DNA of 64,000 nt from Myxococcales bacterium (GCA_012513515.1 JAAZCA010000014.1:1268-65267); one strand, 5' to 3'; shown: positions 46,463 through 57,184, numbered from the stretch's first letter. Translations and numbers: made by a program. Notes: generated by a model from the letters alone, not told the origin.

Positions 46463-47587
46463 ATGAAAAATCAAACCTTGATTGAAACTGTAATGTCCAA
46501 AATTCCAATTCCTGAAACCGCAGCAAGTGCCGGTCTATTTCTGGTCGCCATTTTCATCAGCAGAGTTTTTGGAAAATGGTTGGAAAGGAGGCTGGCAAGG
46601 TCGCAGAGTGAGGGTTTTATTGGCGAGTTCTTAACCAAGGAAAAGAAACTGCTCATACACAGCATCAGAATAATCGTATGGTTCGCATTTATCGTATTCC
46701 TATCGATGATATGGGCGGATTACATCGAAAAAATATTCTCCTCTGCGAAGTCTTTGTACGCTCCTATCATCAAGGGAGTAGTAATCGTCGTAATCGCACT
46801 GATGCTTTACAGGGCGATACATCTTGCCACCGAGATTTTGCTCTCCCGCCTCACCCCGGTTGCCGAGAAAGCGACCCTTCGCGGAAAACAGCGAATGAAC
46901 AGCATCAGCCAGATATTCCGCTACGGATCATCAGCATTCATATTCTTCGTTGCCTCGCTGATGCTCCTTGAGACATTCGGAATCGATCTCAAGGCTATAC
47001 TTGCGACGATAGGAGTTGGAAGTCTCGCGGTAGGCTTCGGCGCGCAGAGCCTTGTCAAGGATGTAATCGGAGGGGTATTCATACTCTGTGAAGACCAGTT
47101 CGGTGTCGGAGATATCGTGGACATAAACGGCGAAGGTGGTTTGGTTGAAAGGATGACATTGAGGATCACGCAGTTGAGAAATTCGGAAGGAACTCTCATA
47201 ACAGTTCCAAACGGGTCGATAGTGAATGTCAAAAACTTCACCAACGAGTGGTCGAGGGTTGACTACAAGATATGCGTTGCGCTTAAAACGGATCTGGAGT
47301 TTGCGATCAAGGTGCTTTCTGATGAAGCCGAAAAATTAAAAAACGATATGCCTGAAGATATCACGGATAACCCTGAAGTTTTAGGTGTGGATGAGTTTCA
47401 GGACTCCGCTGTGGTTCTGCGCCTGTGGTTCAAGACGGCTCCGCTCAGGCAATGGGTGGTTCGGCGAGAGTTTAATAAGAGGGTCCATAAGCGTTTCAAA
47501 GAGGAAGGAATTAGCATCCCCTTCCCTCAGAGAACTCTCTGGGTAAAACCCGAGGGAATTACACTTCCACCCGGTGCAGAAAAATAG
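46463..47587 (+). CDS. mechanosensitive ion channel, MscS family
   Basis: It has N-terminal transmembrane helices and the MscS beta-domain, matching the conserved MscS-family region that spans the third TM helix (IFILCEDQFGVGDIVDI). Confidence 0.82.
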   Translation: MKNQTLIETVMSKIPIPETAASAGLFLVAIFISRVFGKWLERRLARSQSEGFIGEFLTKEKKLLIHSIRIIVWFAFIVFLSMIWADYIEKIFSSAKSLYAPIIKGVVIVVIALMLYRAIHLATEILLSRLTPVAEKATLRGKQRMNSISQIFRYGSSAFIFFVASLMLLETFGIDLKAILATIGVGSLAVGFGAQSLVKDVIGGVFILCEDQFGVGDIVDINGEGGLVERMTLRITQLRNSEGTLITVPNGSIVNVKNFTNEWSRVDYKICVALKTDLEFAIKVLSDEAEKLKNDMPEDITDNPEVLGVDEFQDSAVVLRLWFKTAPLRQWVVRREFNKRVHKRFKEEGISIPFPQRTLWVKPEGITLPPGAEK

Positions 47588-47642
47588 AACTCGGATAAAC
47601 TTGACAGGAAGCGGAGGATGGTATATCCGCCTACCTCCATAT

Positions 47643-47716
<74 letters not shown>

Positions 47717-47721
47717 CAAAA

Positions 47722-47751
47722 AGCCTCCAGTCGATCGGCTGGAGGCTTTTG
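47722..47751. terminator. bidirectional rho-independent terminator between the tRNA and a convergent gene
   Basis: AGCCTCCAG-TCGATCGG-CTGGAGGCT is flanked by AAAAA on the left and TTTT on the right. Confidence 0.7.
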
Positions 47752-47778
47752 ATTTTCTGAATAGAAAGCATATCCGAT

Positions 47779-49608
47779 CTAGCGCATTATCAGAGCAGGA
47801 GCTCTCATAAATGACAGCGATGAAGCGATAAAGGGCTGAGTCAGTCCGATCATTGCAGAGCTCGCCATCCCCGTCCCGCCTTGGACTGGACCCGGGATGG
47901 GCGTGCCCTGCGGAGTCTGCATTCCGAGCGATTGAAGTTTTGCTGGAATGGTAACCTGAAATTCGGTCCCTGCGTTGAAAAGTCCATAACTCTTCAAGTG
48001 TTTGTAGGTCATTATCAAGCCGGCTTTTTCGGCCAGTTCGTGGGCGGCCTTTAGCTCTATGCCAAGGCCTGGTGCCATATCCGGACGTTCTCTCTTCCCT
48101 CCCATTGCGGAGGCAGGGTCCCTAAAACCGACACCGTTATCCTTTACAGTAAATGTCAGGTTGTCATCGCTGACCGATGATGAAAACTCAACCATCGCAT
48201 CGGATCCACGCCTCGCAGGATCCGAAAAATTGATGGCGTTATCCAAGAGGGTATTCAGTATTTTGAATAGATCAATTTGGATCTCCTGAGGAATCGCTAG
48301 GTCTGTCTCAGCAGTTGTCATCTCAACCCGCACTCCAAGCTTCTTCGCCAAATGGTTCTTGAACCCGAGGACCTTACTCATCATTCCGCTCGCAGTGCCC
48401 ATACCATGGTAAATGCGCAGCAGCCTCAAAGACCAGCTCTGGCGATCCTCATATGAACGATGGAGCCCTATCTGTTCGATGAGAGAAAGGTTTCCATCTA
48501 CTTGGCGGAGTGCCTTTTCCATATTTGTTTCCGTGGCGAGAATCGTATGGAGCCAGTTGGCATTGAAGGTCGGATCCGTAACGAACGCACTGGCAAGCTG
48601 ATTCACCATCCCCCGAAGGCCCCGATTCGCATCGAGCAGCGCTACAACGGCCTCCCTAAATCTTTCAGTTTCCTTTCTGGCGAGATCGAGCTCTTCTTCC
48701 GTTGGGATCCTGTCCACAGGAAGAAAATGTCCGGCCAGAATAGATGGAAGATTTTTTTCAATCACCCATATCGTCTTTTGATAGCTGTGCAGAATCTGCT
48801 CGGCATCTGAAAAGAATCTTTGATGAAGTGCCGCCACCGTCGGTGCTCGTTCTCCTCCCATAAGGAAAGACAGATTGACCGACTGAAGATCGCTTGCTTT
48901 GTCAGGATGTTCAGATTCCTCCAGGTTCAAAAGAAAATTATTCAGCTTCTCCTGCGTGGAGGCAAGCAGCCCTCTAACAACGCCCCACTCCTGAGAAACA
49001 TTCTTTTCTGCACTTTCTTTAATCTTATCTTCCTCGGCGATGCTTTCACCTCGGTATCTGGAATATATTCTGTAGAGACCATTCCAGAATGCTTTTAGCC
49101 TCCCGCCGGTTCCCCTGGCGTTACGAAGGGCTTCGATCGCCCTGAATGCCTCATCGACCACATCGCGAGCCCCCTTCGGCCTGTTGAAAAATCTGATTAT
49201 GATGGCGACCAAAAAAGCTCCAAGCCCGCCAAGCGTACCCCATATCCAACCGCGGAACTCCTCTATTTTTTCGTGATACTTAAGGACTCTGCGATTGCAC
49301 TCTTCATTTATCATGATGAGTCTTTCCATCCGCTCCTTGCAAATCGGCCTTTCCTCATCACTTACATCGGCACAGAGCCTTTCCCTTTCGGATTTACCTT
49401 CGAGGATCCTTTTAAAGCCTCTGCATAGTTCAACCGCAGGTTGGCGCTCATCAACCATAAAATCCGGGATGAAGCTACGCATCAGACTATATTCCTGATC
49501 GATATTGAAATCTTTCGGATTGCCCATGCAATAAGGGGCAACGAGAACTCCGCCACAGAGGTGCCTGCTATAGAATTTTATTTCCGATCCGGGTATCTGG
49601 GCCGACAT
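47779..49608 (-). CDS. membrane-anchored histidine-kinase-like ATPase (HATPase_c) protein, atypical
   Basis: It has a C-terminal GHKL ATPase domain (NTLLDNAINFS...DNGVGF...GLGIELKAAHE). It also has a single transmembrane segment (WIWGTLGGLGAFLVAIII) and a Cys-rich N-terminal region of about 125 aa. No canonical H-box was found. Confidence 0.65.
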   Translation of the reverse strand: MSAQIPGSEIKFYSRHLCGGVLVAPYCMGNPKDFNIDQEYSLMRSFIPDFMVDERQPAVELCRGFKRILEGKSERERLCADVSDEERPICKERMERLIMINEECNRRVLKYHEKIEEFRGWIWGTLGGLGAFLVAIIIRFFNRPKGARDVVDEAFRAIEALRNARGTGGRLKAFWNGLYRIYSRYRGESIAEEDKIKESAEKNVSQEWGVVRGLLASTQEKLNNFLLNLEESEHPDKASDLQSVNLSFLMGGERAPTVAALHQRFFSDAEQILHSYQKTIWVIEKNLPSILAGHFLPVDRIPTEEELDLARKETERFREAVVALLDANRGLRGMVNQLASAFVTDPTFNANWLHTILATETNMEKALRQVDGNLSLIEQIGLHRSYEDRQSWSLRLLRIYHGMGTASGMMSKVLGFKNHLAKKLGVRVEMTTAETDLAIPQEIQIDLFKILNTLLDNAINFSDPARRGSDAMVEFSSSVSDDNLTFTVKDNGVGFRDPASAMGGKRERPDMAPGLGIELKAAHELAEKAGLIMTYKHLKSYGLFNAGTEFQVTIPAKLQSLGMQTPQGTPIPGPVQGGTGMASSAMIGLTQPFIASSLSFMRAPALIMR

Positions 49609-49902
49609 AATGACCTCCCTATGCTACCCCCGCCCGAATCCTAATAGAAGTCGTATAAAATTTTCAAGGGATTATTGAAAAAAATGAGGATTTCGTCAAA
49701 TTTCGTTACAAACTCCGTCAGACGGAGCAAAATTTAACCCTCCCTTTCCCTCTGGTGTAGATTTAAAGCTTAGAATTAAACTATCAAAATAAGTATTTGT
49801 TATATATTGCTTTTTAAATATTTTATCCCTTATGGAATCGACTTGCCCTAAAGAGCAGGCCCTGATATTAGCACGGGCCAGTCAAAGAACAGGAGAAGGC
49901 AA

Positions 49903-50826
49903 ATGACACGATCACTCAGGACCCTGAAGGATATCACATCGCAGGAATTCACCCAGATACTGGAGAGGACTGGAAGGGTTAAAGCTGCCATAAAGAGCAG
50001 GAAGCCAATAGGAAGTCTCGACAATCGGGTCGTCGCCCTTCTCTTCGAAAAGCCCTCGACGAGAACCCGAGCAAGCTTTGAATCGGCCATTGCAAGGCTC
50101 GGCGGAACCCCGGTTTACCTCCCTTCTGCCGACCTTCAGATGAAACGCGGCGAACCGGTCAAGGACACTGCACGCATGTTCGGCAACTATTTTGATGCTA
50201 TCGTTGCAAGGGTTTACAGCCACCAGACCATCCTTGAATTGGATGAATTCGCAGGAGTACCTATAATCAACGGCCTATGCAACCTGGCACATCCAACACA
50301 GGCCATCTGCGACCTGTTCACGGTAAAAGAGGTTAAAGGCGACCTGAAGGGTTTGACGCTGGCCTACATAGGCGATGGCAACAACGTCTGCCATTCCCTT
50401 CTCCTTGCCTGCGCGCACGCCGGCATGAACATCAACGTCGGCTGCCCTGATGCATACGGGCCAAAAGAGGAATTTGTAAATTATGCGAAGGATATCGCTC
50501 AAAAGAGCGGTTCCAAGATCGCTATAATGAGCGATCCGCGGGAAGCGGCTTGTAGCTCCGATGTTCTCTATACCGACACTTGGGTGAGCATGGGTGAAGA
50601 ATCGGAGAAGGAAAAGAAGTTGAAAGATTTCCAGGGATATCAGATCAACAAGGAACTTCTGGGACTCGCCAACAGGGGCGCAATAATCATGCACTGCCTG
50701 CCCGCTTATCGTGGGTACGAAATAACCGAGGAAGTGATGGAAGGACCGAACTCCGTTATCTGGCAACAGGGCGAAAACAAGATGCACGCCGCAGCCGGAG
50801 TCCTCGATTTCTTCTTCGGCAAATGA
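49903..50826 (+). CDS. argF: ornithine carbamoyltransferase
   Basis: It has STRTR, DxxxSMG-like (WVSMGEE) and HCLPA motifs. Confidence 0.88.
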   Translation: MTRSLRTLKDITSQEFTQILERTGRVKAAIKSRKPIGSLDNRVVALLFEKPSTRTRASFESAIARLGGTPVYLPSADLQMKRGEPVKDTARMFGNYFDAIVARVYSHQTILELDEFAGVPIINGLCNLAHPTQAICDLFTVKEVKGDLKGLTLAYIGDGNNVCHSLLLACAHAGMNINVGCPDAYGPKEEFVNYAKDIAQKSGSKIAIMSDPREAACSSDVLYTDTWVSMGEESEKEKKLKDFQGYQINKELLGLANRGAIIMHCLPAYRGYEITEEVMEGPNSVIWQQGENKMHAAAGVLDFFFGK

Positions 50827-50843
50827 TCACGGCCAAATTCTTT

Positions 50844-51797
50844 TCATCTTCTGCGATCAGAATTTTCTTCGTATCCCTCCTCGTTTAATTCCCTTATTAT
50901 GGAATCTATCTTTTCCTGTGATAGAACGTCGGAGGCGACGAAAGATTTGGAATAATCCTCAATCCTCCTCTCGTATATTCTGAGAGCGCTATTTCTGGCG
51001 ACAAATTTACCAGAGGCGGCACCTACCAGAGATTCACACATCCCAAGAATAAGTTTTCCCCCCGGGTTCAGGCATTCGCAGAGTTTTAACTGGGTTTCCT
51101 CCTGCAGCTCCTTATTGAAGTATATGAAGGTGTTTCTGCAGAAAATTATATCGTTGAAGCGAAAGGGCCTATCGGTAACCACGTCATGCCGTTTAAAATG
51201 CACCATCTTCCTGATGGACGGCGCAACTTCAAAGTCATCGCCGGATTTGATAAAATATTTATCACGACGTTTTCGCCCTATTTCCTTTAAATCAGAAAAT
51301 CCAAAGACCCCCGCCCTCGCCTTCGTTATCGCCGAGATGTCTATGTCGGTGGCGACAATGGAACAGGAGATTTTTGAGCCTAAACCTTCTATGCAATCAG
51401 ATACGGCTATCGCTATGGAATATGGCTCCTGTCCGGTGGAACATCCGCAACTCCAGATCCTTATCATCCTGTGTTTTTTTGTCAGTTTTTCCTCGATGAT
51501 GTTGGGAAAAACTACCCTCTCAAGCTCATCGAACAGCTCAGGATTTCTAAACATCCCGGTGACGTTTATTGATATCGCATCGAGCAGCTTTGACTGTTCG
51601 GAGGGATCTGTTCGCAAGCGTTCGGCATAGTCAGAATACTTGGAAAGCTCAAGGGCCCGCATCCTGCCGACGATCCTTCGGTTTAGAGTTCCTTCCTTGT
51701 ACAGGGAAAAGTCGAACCCCGTCCTTTCATGGATGACCTTCAGTATTTCGATAATATCGCTGTTCAAAAGACACCGCCTGTCAAATTGCGCCATCAA
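50844..51797 (-). CDS. cheR: chemotaxis protein methyltransferase CheR
   Basis: It has CheR N- and C-terminal SAM-dependent methyltransferase domains. Confidence 0.85.
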   Translation of the reverse strand: MMAQFDRRCLLNSDIIEILKVIHERTGFDFSLYKEGTLNRRIVGRMRALELSKYSDYAERLRTDPSEQSKLLDAISINVTGMFRNPELFDELERVVFPNIIEEKLTKKHRMIRIWSCGCSTGQEPYSIAIAVSDCIEGLGSKISCSIVATDIDISAITKARAGVFGFSDLKEIGRKRRDKYFIKSGDDFEVAPSIRKMVHFKRHDVVTDRPFRFNDIIFCRNTFIYFNKELQEETQLKLCECLNPGGKLILGMCESLVGAASGKFVARNSALRIYERRIEDYSKSFVASDVLSQEKIDSIIRELNEEGYEENSDRRR

Positions 51798-52398
51798 CGC
51801 CGAGAGCCACCATTATATTCTTGAAAGATTCCGCGTCGGGCATGAAGAGAAAATACGTCTGCAGCTTTTCACCTTTTATCGAAAACTCGGTATCCACAAC
51901 CAATATATCATCAACATCTCTGCAAAATTCTGCAAGGATGACATCTGAAAGAGCTCCTGCCATGTCACTGGCATACTCCGGAACTGATTGCATTACCTGG
52001 AAATTTACAATCTTGGATATCGCGATCAGATAAGATCCGGAAATGATGCTCATCGTTTCTTTGATCGAAGATATTCCCACCTCATCGCAGGAGGATGAAC
52101 TACCCGGCGCTCTGCCGCTCAAGATATCGGCTAGGGAAAGAACTGTCTCATAGTCAAAGGTCATCATCATAGCGCCCGATATTCCCTCGCTAAGGCGCAT
52201 GTACACCGCAGATATGGCGGACTCCGCACCGCCGAAAATTTCGGTAAAATCGGAGATATTTCGCAAACGCACGGAAGGAACAGAAAGATCAACCCGCCTT
52301 TTCAGAAGGGAGGAAAGTGCCGTAGCAGCATTTCCAGCGCCTATAGTCATGACCTCTCTCAGGGCATCAATTTGGGCGGAAGTTATCGATTTTTCCAT
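51781..52398 (-). CDS. cheC: CheC-family CheY-P phosphatase
   Basis: It has a CheC/CheX/FliY fold, starting ...ALREVMTIGAGNAATALSSLL. Confidence 0.75.
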   Translation of the reverse strand: MEKSITSAQIDALREVMTIGAGNAATALSSLLKRRVDLSVPSVRLRNISDFTEIFGGAESAISAVYMRLSEGISGAMMMTFDYETVLSLADILSGRAPGSSSSCDEVGISSIKETMSIISGSYLIAISKIVNFQVMQSVPEYASDMAGALSDVILAEFCRDVDDILVVDTEFSIKGEKLQTYFLFMPDAESFKNIMVALGVDGAI

Positions 52399-52532
52399 CT
52401 CATCTCTCCTGTTAAAAATAATTAGCGATTAGACTTCATAAAACGACTGGCTATATTTAGCAATTCCTTGCCGTAAACCGGCTTATCGTCTATAGCCAAC
52501 ACAGCCCATTCAGATGCCATCAATCCCCCGGC

Positions 52533-53126
52533 TCAAGCTTTAAGAGAATAAAGCAAGGTATCCACTGAATCTTTGGAAGGACTAAAAACAATATATGCCT
52601 CTATTTTTGCGTCGAGCTGCATAAATTCGGTCTTTATACATATCACCTCATCCATCCCCTTTCCAGAGGTCTTCAATGACAAAGATATATCCGACAAGTT
52701 TCCTCTGAAAATATTGGGGGAAGTTATGTTAAATTTGAGACCTGCCAGTTCAGAGAGCGAATTCAAGTAGGCAGCTAAAACGATATTGCCCACCTCTGAA
52801 ATAACGGAGAGTTCGTAAGCATTAACATCTTCCTTGCCGCGCTCTTTTAGAACTGGCATGAGAGAAACCAGATGCCGCGCATAGTCATTTTTCATAAAAA
52901 ATGAAATATGCCCGCGTATATCTCCGCTTATGCCGGTATTTAAAAGAAGATACTCCGATAATTTATCCATCGATCCTGCGAGGACGTCTATCGCCATGAC
53001 CTCTACAGATGGTATGGCGATCATTATCTTTCTATTCATCAGCTTGGACAGGGCTATCGCTGCATGACCGGAACCTATGTTGGCAGCTTCAGAAAGGGCG
53101 CTTTTCTGCATCTCAGTTAAGTACAT
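52533..53126 (-). CDS. cheC: CheC-family CheY-P phosphatase (second copy)
   Basis: It is a CheC-like protein starting ...SEAANIGSGHAAIALSKLM. Confidence 0.75.
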   Translation of the reverse strand: MYLTEMQKSALSEAANIGSGHAAIALSKLMNRKIMIAIPSVEVMAIDVLAGSMDKLSEYLLLNTGISGDIRGHISFFMKNDYARHLVSLMPVLKERGKEDVNAYELSVISEVGNIVLAAYLNSLSELAGLKFNITSPNIFRGNLSDISLSLKTSGKGMDEVICIKTEFMQLDAKIEAYIVFSPSKDSVDTLLYSLKA

Positions 53127-53128
53127 AT

Positions 53129-55072
53129 TCAGGCATCCTCCTTGATTGGAATTGTAAAATAAAAACAGGAACCCTTTCCATACTCGGACTCAGCCCATAT
53201 CTTACCCCCATGTAGCTCTACAATCTCCTTGGAAATCGACAAACCGAGGCCGGTGCCGCCGGGCTTCCTTGTCGTCGAAGTATCGAGCTGTTCGAATTTT
53301 CTGAACAGCCTGTGCATGTTCTCTTTTTTGATTCCAATTCCATTGTCCCTTACCGATACGACCAGCGAGTTCTTGAGCTTGGCAAAGACCTTTGCATCTC
53401 TAAGAAAGGAAGGAAATTTTCTCGAGCTCGAAAGAAAAGTTGAGATATCAATGGAGCCTCCCTCTTTGGTAAATTTTATTGCGTTGCTCAGCAAGTTAAC
53501 CAAAACTTGGGAAATACGGTCACGATCGAGAAGTGTTTTTGGCAGTTTTAGATTAGCATCGTATTTAATATTTATGTTCCTCGTCGTAGCCAGAATCTTA
53601 ATTGCACCTGCAACTTCCGCAATCAATTTGTTTATATCCGCACTAACCAAATTAAGATGTAATTCCCCGGTCTCTATCCTCGAAAGATCGAGCAGATCGC
53701 TTATAAGCTGAGCGAGACGGTCTATGTTTCTCATCGCTATAGAAAGAAAGCGCTTTTGGGGCTCCGACGCTCTCCCTGCTGTCTCATCCTGAAGCAGCAT
53801 CACCGACTCTTTGATGGCAGTAAGAGGAGTTCTGAGCTCATGAGATGCGGTGGAAATAAATTCAGATTTCAGCCTGTCGACTTCTCTCGCCTTTGTAACA
53901 TCCGAGATCAGGATAACCCATCCGCTCTTACGCCCAAGCACATCGGCCATAGGAGTGATGGTCAATTCCATGATAACTTCCACATTATTCCTGTCGAACC
54001 TGATCTCCCTTCGCGCTATACCCTCCAAGGATGAAAAGTCCTTAAGGATGGAATAGATCTGACCGATCTTGACAGTATCCCATATCGGAAATCCGTATTT
54101 AAACTCCGTTATGCCGAGCAAATTTTTTGCAGAGGGATTGATCAGCGTCAGATTATATTGGTTATCTATCGCTATCACACCTTCAGCCATGGCATTGAGA
54201 ATTGATTCCAAACCGATTTTTGAATCCGCAAGGTGCCTCTTTACGCTATCATAGTCTGAAAACATCGCGAGAACCTGCGCGAACACTCCAATGACTACCA
54301 TATCATCGTCTGATAAGAAGCGGGAATCTCCTGTGGATATCAGCAGATAGCCGACTGTTCTGTCGGCTATCCTCAGCGGGACCACCCTCTTGTTTTTAAG
54401 AGAAAGCCTGGATGAATCGCATTTCCTGAGATTTGTGGATATAACGTTGAGAGGGAATCTCACATCCCTGTCAAGTTCTCCAGCATTGCTCTCATCGAGA
54501 ATAGAAGCGTGTATCGATTCGACATCTTTGTCTGATGGTTTCGAATCGCAGGCAAGTATGAGAGTATCCGAGTGTTCATTTCGTGTGAATATTGCAAAGA
54601 GTTCGACCGGATATGAATCCTTAAGAATCTCAAAAACAGGTAGAACTACATTGTTGATGTCATACCCGGAAGAGAGGACCGTTGAAAGTCTGTTTATGAG
54701 ACTGAATTGATCTACTTTTTTTGCCTTTTCCCTGGATAGGGCGACATCTACAAGCAGCTCCACTGCGTGCGAATCCACTATTCTGGTTTCTTTTGGAACG
54801 ATGGAGTAGAGAGTCTTCTGATATTCTCTGGAACCCGAGAGCTCCATTATTACATCGATCTTCTCTTTCCCTACGAAATCGAGTATATTGGTTCCGGTTT
54901 TTACCCCTCGAGCATCCGCATTTATCATAGCCTTGGAACTTTTTGTCGTATCGCAGAGCCCAACGACTTCAACGGAATCTATATCGAGGAGCATGTCCAG
55001 AAGGAACGGTACTCCGTCGCCGCCACCCACAATAAGAATCCTTGACTTTGAAGCGGATGACATTTTTTTCAA
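53129..55072 (-). CDS. sensor histidine kinase (N-terminal Rossmann-like module, GAF/PAS sensory region, HisKA, HATPase_c)
   Basis: It has the H-box [16 protein letters not shown] and G-boxes DNGIGI / [11 protein letters not shown]. It also has a PAS-like segment and the N-terminal motif [10 protein letters not shown]. Confidence 0.82.
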   Translation of the reverse strand: MKKMSSASKSRILIVGGGDGVPFLLDMLLDIDSVEVVGLCDTTKSSKAMINADARGVKTGTNILDFVGKEKIDVIMELSGSREYQKTLYSIVPKETRIVDSHAVELLVDVALSREKAKKVDQFSLINRLSTVLSSGYDINNVVLPVFEILKDSYPVELFAIFTRNEHSDTLILACDSKPSDKDVESIHASILDESNAGELDRDVRFPLNVISTNLRKCDSSRLSLKNKRVVPLRIADRTVGYLLISTGDSRFLSDDDMVVIGVFAQVLAMFSDYDSVKRHLADSKIGLESILNAMAEGVIAIDNQYNLTLINPSAKNLLGITEFKYGFPIWDTVKIGQIYSILKDFSSLEGIARREIRFDRNNVEVIMELTITPMADVLGRKSGWVILISDVTKAREVDRLKSEFISTASHELRTPLTAIKESVMLLQDETAGRASEPQKRFLSIAMRNIDRLAQLISDLLDLSRIETGELHLNLVSADINKLIAEVAGAIKILATTRNINIKYDANLKLPKTLLDRDRISQVLVNLLSNAIKFTKEGGSIDISTFLSSSRKFPSFLRDAKVFAKLKNSLVVSVRDNGIGIKKENMHRLFRKFEQLDTSTTRKPGGTGLGLSISKEIVELHGGKIWAESEYGKGSCFYFTIPIKEDA

Positions 55073-55194
55073 TTCCCCCTGTTATGCGGTCGAGTTTTCT
55101 TGCAAGTTGTTAATCACCACTTCACATACTGATTCACAGGAACATCACCATTTGTAGCAACACCGACAATGTTATGCCCCTTCCGCTTCCTAAT

Positions 55195-57177
55195 TCAATT
55201 CAGAGTGAGAACGTCAACAACGAGGGCGATTGAACCGCTGCCTAGTATCGTGGCTCCGGCAATGCCCTTGACCCCCTTGAACTCTTTGGAAAGTTGCTTT
55301 ATGACTATGTCCTGTTGGTTGAGCAGCCTGTCCACCATCGCTGCGTATTTGCGCTCTCCGTCGTCAACTATGAGAGCGTAACCCTTTGAAGATTTTTCAC
55401 ATGGTGCATCGGCGACTGACAGTTTGGTGGAAAGAATTTCATTTATTCGCATGAGAGGAATAACTTCTCCTCTATGCACTATGGTTTCGGCATTTTCTAT
55501 CGACCTAATATTTAAACTGGTAACCGGCGCTATTTCAACCACGCTGGATATTGGAAAAGCAAAAAATCTCTCTTCAACACCTACTATGAGAGATTTTACA
55601 ACGGCAGTAGTGATGGGAATCTTCATGCTTATCTTAGTGCCAAGATGCGCTTTGGATTCTATCAGGATGGTTCCGCCGAGCATCTCCGCTTTATTTTTTA
55701 CAACATCCATTCCGACGCCTCTGCCCGATATCTCCGAAACGGATCTTGCAGTGCTGAATCCTGGCATGGCTATTATCATTAAAATTTCGTCATCGGACAT
55801 TTGAGAAAGCTGCGCCTCAGTGGCAAGCCCCCTTTCTATTGCACCCATCTTAACGGCTGATATATCCACCCCTTCTCCATCATCAGAGACCGATATGACC
55901 ACATAGTTTTTCTCACGGACAGCGGACAGCATCACCCTGCCTTCCTCCGCTTTTTTATTTCTTTTTCTTTCTTCAGGTTTGGCAATCCCATGATCTACCG
56001 CATTTCTAATCAAATGAATCAATGGGTCGGCTATTTCATCTAAGACCGCTCTATCGAGCTCTATATCTCCACCGATCATTTCAAACCTGATTTTTTTACT
56101 CTCTTTCATCGCAAGATCCCTGACGACCCTGGGAAACCTGTCGAAAATCTGTGCGACCGGGACTAGCCTCGCCTGCATAATCTCGTTCTGAAGGTCATCA
56201 ACGAGTCTGTTGAGCGGATCTATGGAAGCTTTAAGGTCGGCCTCTCCAAGGCGATCGGCTATTTCTCCAATTCTCAGCTTCGCTATCGCGAGTTCCTCCA
56301 CCAAATTCATCAGTCTGTCTAGCCTCTGCACATCAATCCTGACACTGGAAATTCTCTTTATTTGCTCAGCTTGCTGGCCGGTTTTTTTTCTAGCATCTTC
56401 GACAGAGAATTGGCTCGAAGAATCATCATAACCGTACCAGTCATCTTCCACGGGTATTTCGTAAACCTCCACCTCGGCAATTTCCAATATATCGGCAACC
56501 CTCTCCTTTACAGAGTTGGGAGGTTCTCTGGTTATAAACACACATCCAAAGGAAAGATCGAATTTGTCAGCTTCAATAGACTCGCTGTCCGGAAAGGACT
56601 TTATCACCTCTCCAACCTCATGAAGAGTTCTGAAAACCATGAACGCCCTGACGTTTTTCAAAACACAGCCTTTGTCGAGAGTCACCTTGACATGATAGCA
56701 GTTATATCCGTCTCTTTTCACCCTGGCCAGGGTCCTCTTTTCAAAAACATTGAGGCTTATATCTTCGGATATTTTTTCTTCCTCAAAAACATGCTCCTTC
56801 TTGATGGAGGAGTTAAGAGAGTTGATCAGCGAAGCGACATCGCCATCAAATGCCTTGGATTCAGCTGTAGCTGCCACCATTCTTTCAAGGGTATCGACGC
56901 ATGAAAAAAGAGTAGTGATTTCTTTTTCATCCAGAGCGCTCTCCCCGTCCCTCACTTGCGAGAGCAGATCCTCCATCTTATGAGAAAGATCTGAGATGTC
57001 GTTATATCCCATGCTGGCGGAGATGCTTTTTAGCGTATGAGCTGCGCGAAAGATCGAGTTTAACGCCTCTACGTTGGCTCGATCTTTCTCTAGAATCAAA
57101 AGGCTCGAATTGAGCAGCTGCAGAAGCTCATCCGATTCCTGCAGATATATTTTTTTGTATTCCTCTTTCCCAGACAT
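55195..57177 (-). CDS. cheA: chemotaxis histidine kinase CheA
   Basis: It has an Hpt domain (AAHTLKSISASMGY), a dimerization domain, a HATPase_c domain and a C-terminal CheW-like domain. Confidence 0.9.
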   Translation of the reverse strand: MSGKEEYKKIYLQESDELLQLLNSSLLILEKDRANVEALNSIFRAAHTLKSISASMGYNDISDLSHKMEDLLSQVRDGESALDEKEITTLFSCVDTLERMVAATAESKAFDGDVASLINSLNSSIKKEHVFEEEKISEDISLNVFEKRTLARVKRDGYNCYHVKVTLDKGCVLKNVRAFMVFRTLHEVGEVIKSFPDSESIEADKFDLSFGCVFITREPPNSVKERVADILEIAEVEVYEIPVEDDWYGYDDSSSQFSVEDARKKTGQQAEQIKRISSVRIDVQRLDRLMNLVEELAIAKLRIGEIADRLGEADLKASIDPLNRLVDDLQNEIMQARLVPVAQIFDRFPRVVRDLAMKESKKIRFEMIGGDIELDRAVLDEIADPLIHLIRNAVDHGIAKPEERKRNKKAEEGRVMLSAVREKNYVVISVSDDGEGVDISAVKMGAIERGLATEAQLSQMSDDEILMIIAMPGFSTARSVSEISGRGVGMDVVKNKAEMLGGTILIESKAHLGTKISMKIPITTAVVKSLIVGVEERFFAFPISSVVEIAPVTSLNIRSIENAETIVHRGEVIPLMRINEILSTKLSVADAPCEKSSKGYALIVDDGERKYAAMVDRLLNQQDIVIKQLSKEFKGVKGIAGATILGSGSIALVVDVLTLN

Positions 57178-57184
57178 GGCCCGT

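Noticed and set aside
49609-49902. Possible ARG-box operator upstream of argF
   Set aside because: The region is AT-rich (…AAGTATTTGTTATATATTGCTTTTTAAATATTTT…), but I could not find two properly spaced TNTGAATWWWWATTCANW half-sites by eye. It is left unannotated.
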